A DNA stretch of 64,000 nt, from positions 17,026-81,025 of the forward strand of contig CAZOPV010000006.1 in assembly GCA_964582085.1 (NCBI GenBank). The letters are read 5' to 3'. The notes below the pieces were generated by a model that ran no database searches, was not told the origin of the DNA, and worked only from the letters and a program-made list of their open reading frames with translations. Shown here in pieces: positions 63,734-64,000 of this stretch; the stretch's first letter is position 1, and each line of letters begins with the position of its first letter. This DNA is from an uncultured Candidatus Bathyarchaeia archaeon. GTDB taxonomy: Archaea > Thermoproteota > Bathyarchaeia > Bathyarchaeales > Bathycorpusculaceae. Both the position numbers and the translations under genes were made by a program.

Positions 63734-64000
63734 GCAAAACCAAAATTGATCCCCCCTCACAAGTAATATACTTCATAATCGACGAAATAGTCTCAAGTCA
63801 TTTTGTTCAACTTGAAAAAATTGAAGAACTAACCAGCACCTTAGAAGAACAGGTGCTCGAAAAAACCTCAGGGGAAACCCTCAAAAACATTTTTATCCTA
63901 AAATCAAATCTAATCGCCCTAAATAAAATCCTCTGGTACGAACGAAGCCTCGTCTTCAACCTCAAAAAATGCAGCGACACCTACATGCCAGCTAAAATGC
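63730..64000 (+). pseudogene. corA: CorA-like transporter, continuation in the -1 frame (partial, runs off the window)
   Basis: VIYFIIDEIVSSHFVQLEKIEELTSTLEEQVL..LKSNLIALNKILWYERSLVFNL matches the CorA helical stalk. ATG 63730 overlaps the upstream stop (ATGA). Confidence 0.5.

Overview
All family assignments come from reading motifs in the ORF translations and the DNA by eye; nothing was searched or computed. The window looks like chromosomal DNA from a mesophilic archaeon. Supporting signs are Lrp/AsnC and TrmB regulators, many class III (prepilin-type) signal peptides, FlaI/FlaJ-type secretion genes, archaea-specific DUF835 domains, TATA-like boxes and oligo-T terminators.

Left part (1-21 kb), housekeeping and accessory genes:
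- ACD beta-like ATP-grasp protein and a tandem Lrp pair.
- Two paralogous ~840-aa secreted PQQ-like beta-propeller proteins, each next to a divergent regulator.
- DUF190 and crcB behind a clear fluoride riboswitch.
- UPF0282 MBL hydrolase, malic enzyme, RimI-like GNAT, pyrG and pyrB.
- An unusual HTH + ATP-cone + NrdD-like protein that appears to lack the radical-chemistry residues.

Middle part (21.5-29.7 kb): a tightly coupled nine-gene type IV pilus-like operon with two tandem pilins, five further pilin-like or anchor proteins, a FlaI-like ATPase and a FlaJ-like platform. It is followed by a TrmB regulator, a 7-bladed secreted repeat protein and a contiguous uvrB-uvrA-uvrC operon.

Right part (39-63 kb), the most interesting region:
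- A second FlaI-like ATPase with a platform protein split by a single in-frame TGA, preceded by a PAS-DUF835 sensor.
- Around it sit a multi-zinc-ribbon protein, three single-domain KaiC-like ATPase genes (one with a degenerate P-loop, one overlapping an RHH gene) and three more class III signal-peptide proteins.
- One of those is a 723-aa mucin-like poly-Thr 'pilin'. It lies next to a PMT-like GT-C, a Dpm1-like GT2, a GT4 and a methyltransferase, which makes a candidate archaeal O-glycosylation module.
- Also present are sequon-dense anchored surface proteins and a REC-PAS-GAF-PAS-DUF835 response regulator.

Other observations: a decayed RelE/antitoxin pair, a CorA-like gene broken at an A7 run, and an abrupt flip of strand composition near 47-48 kb. 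I saw no rRNA, tRNA, CRISPR array, transposase or integrase.
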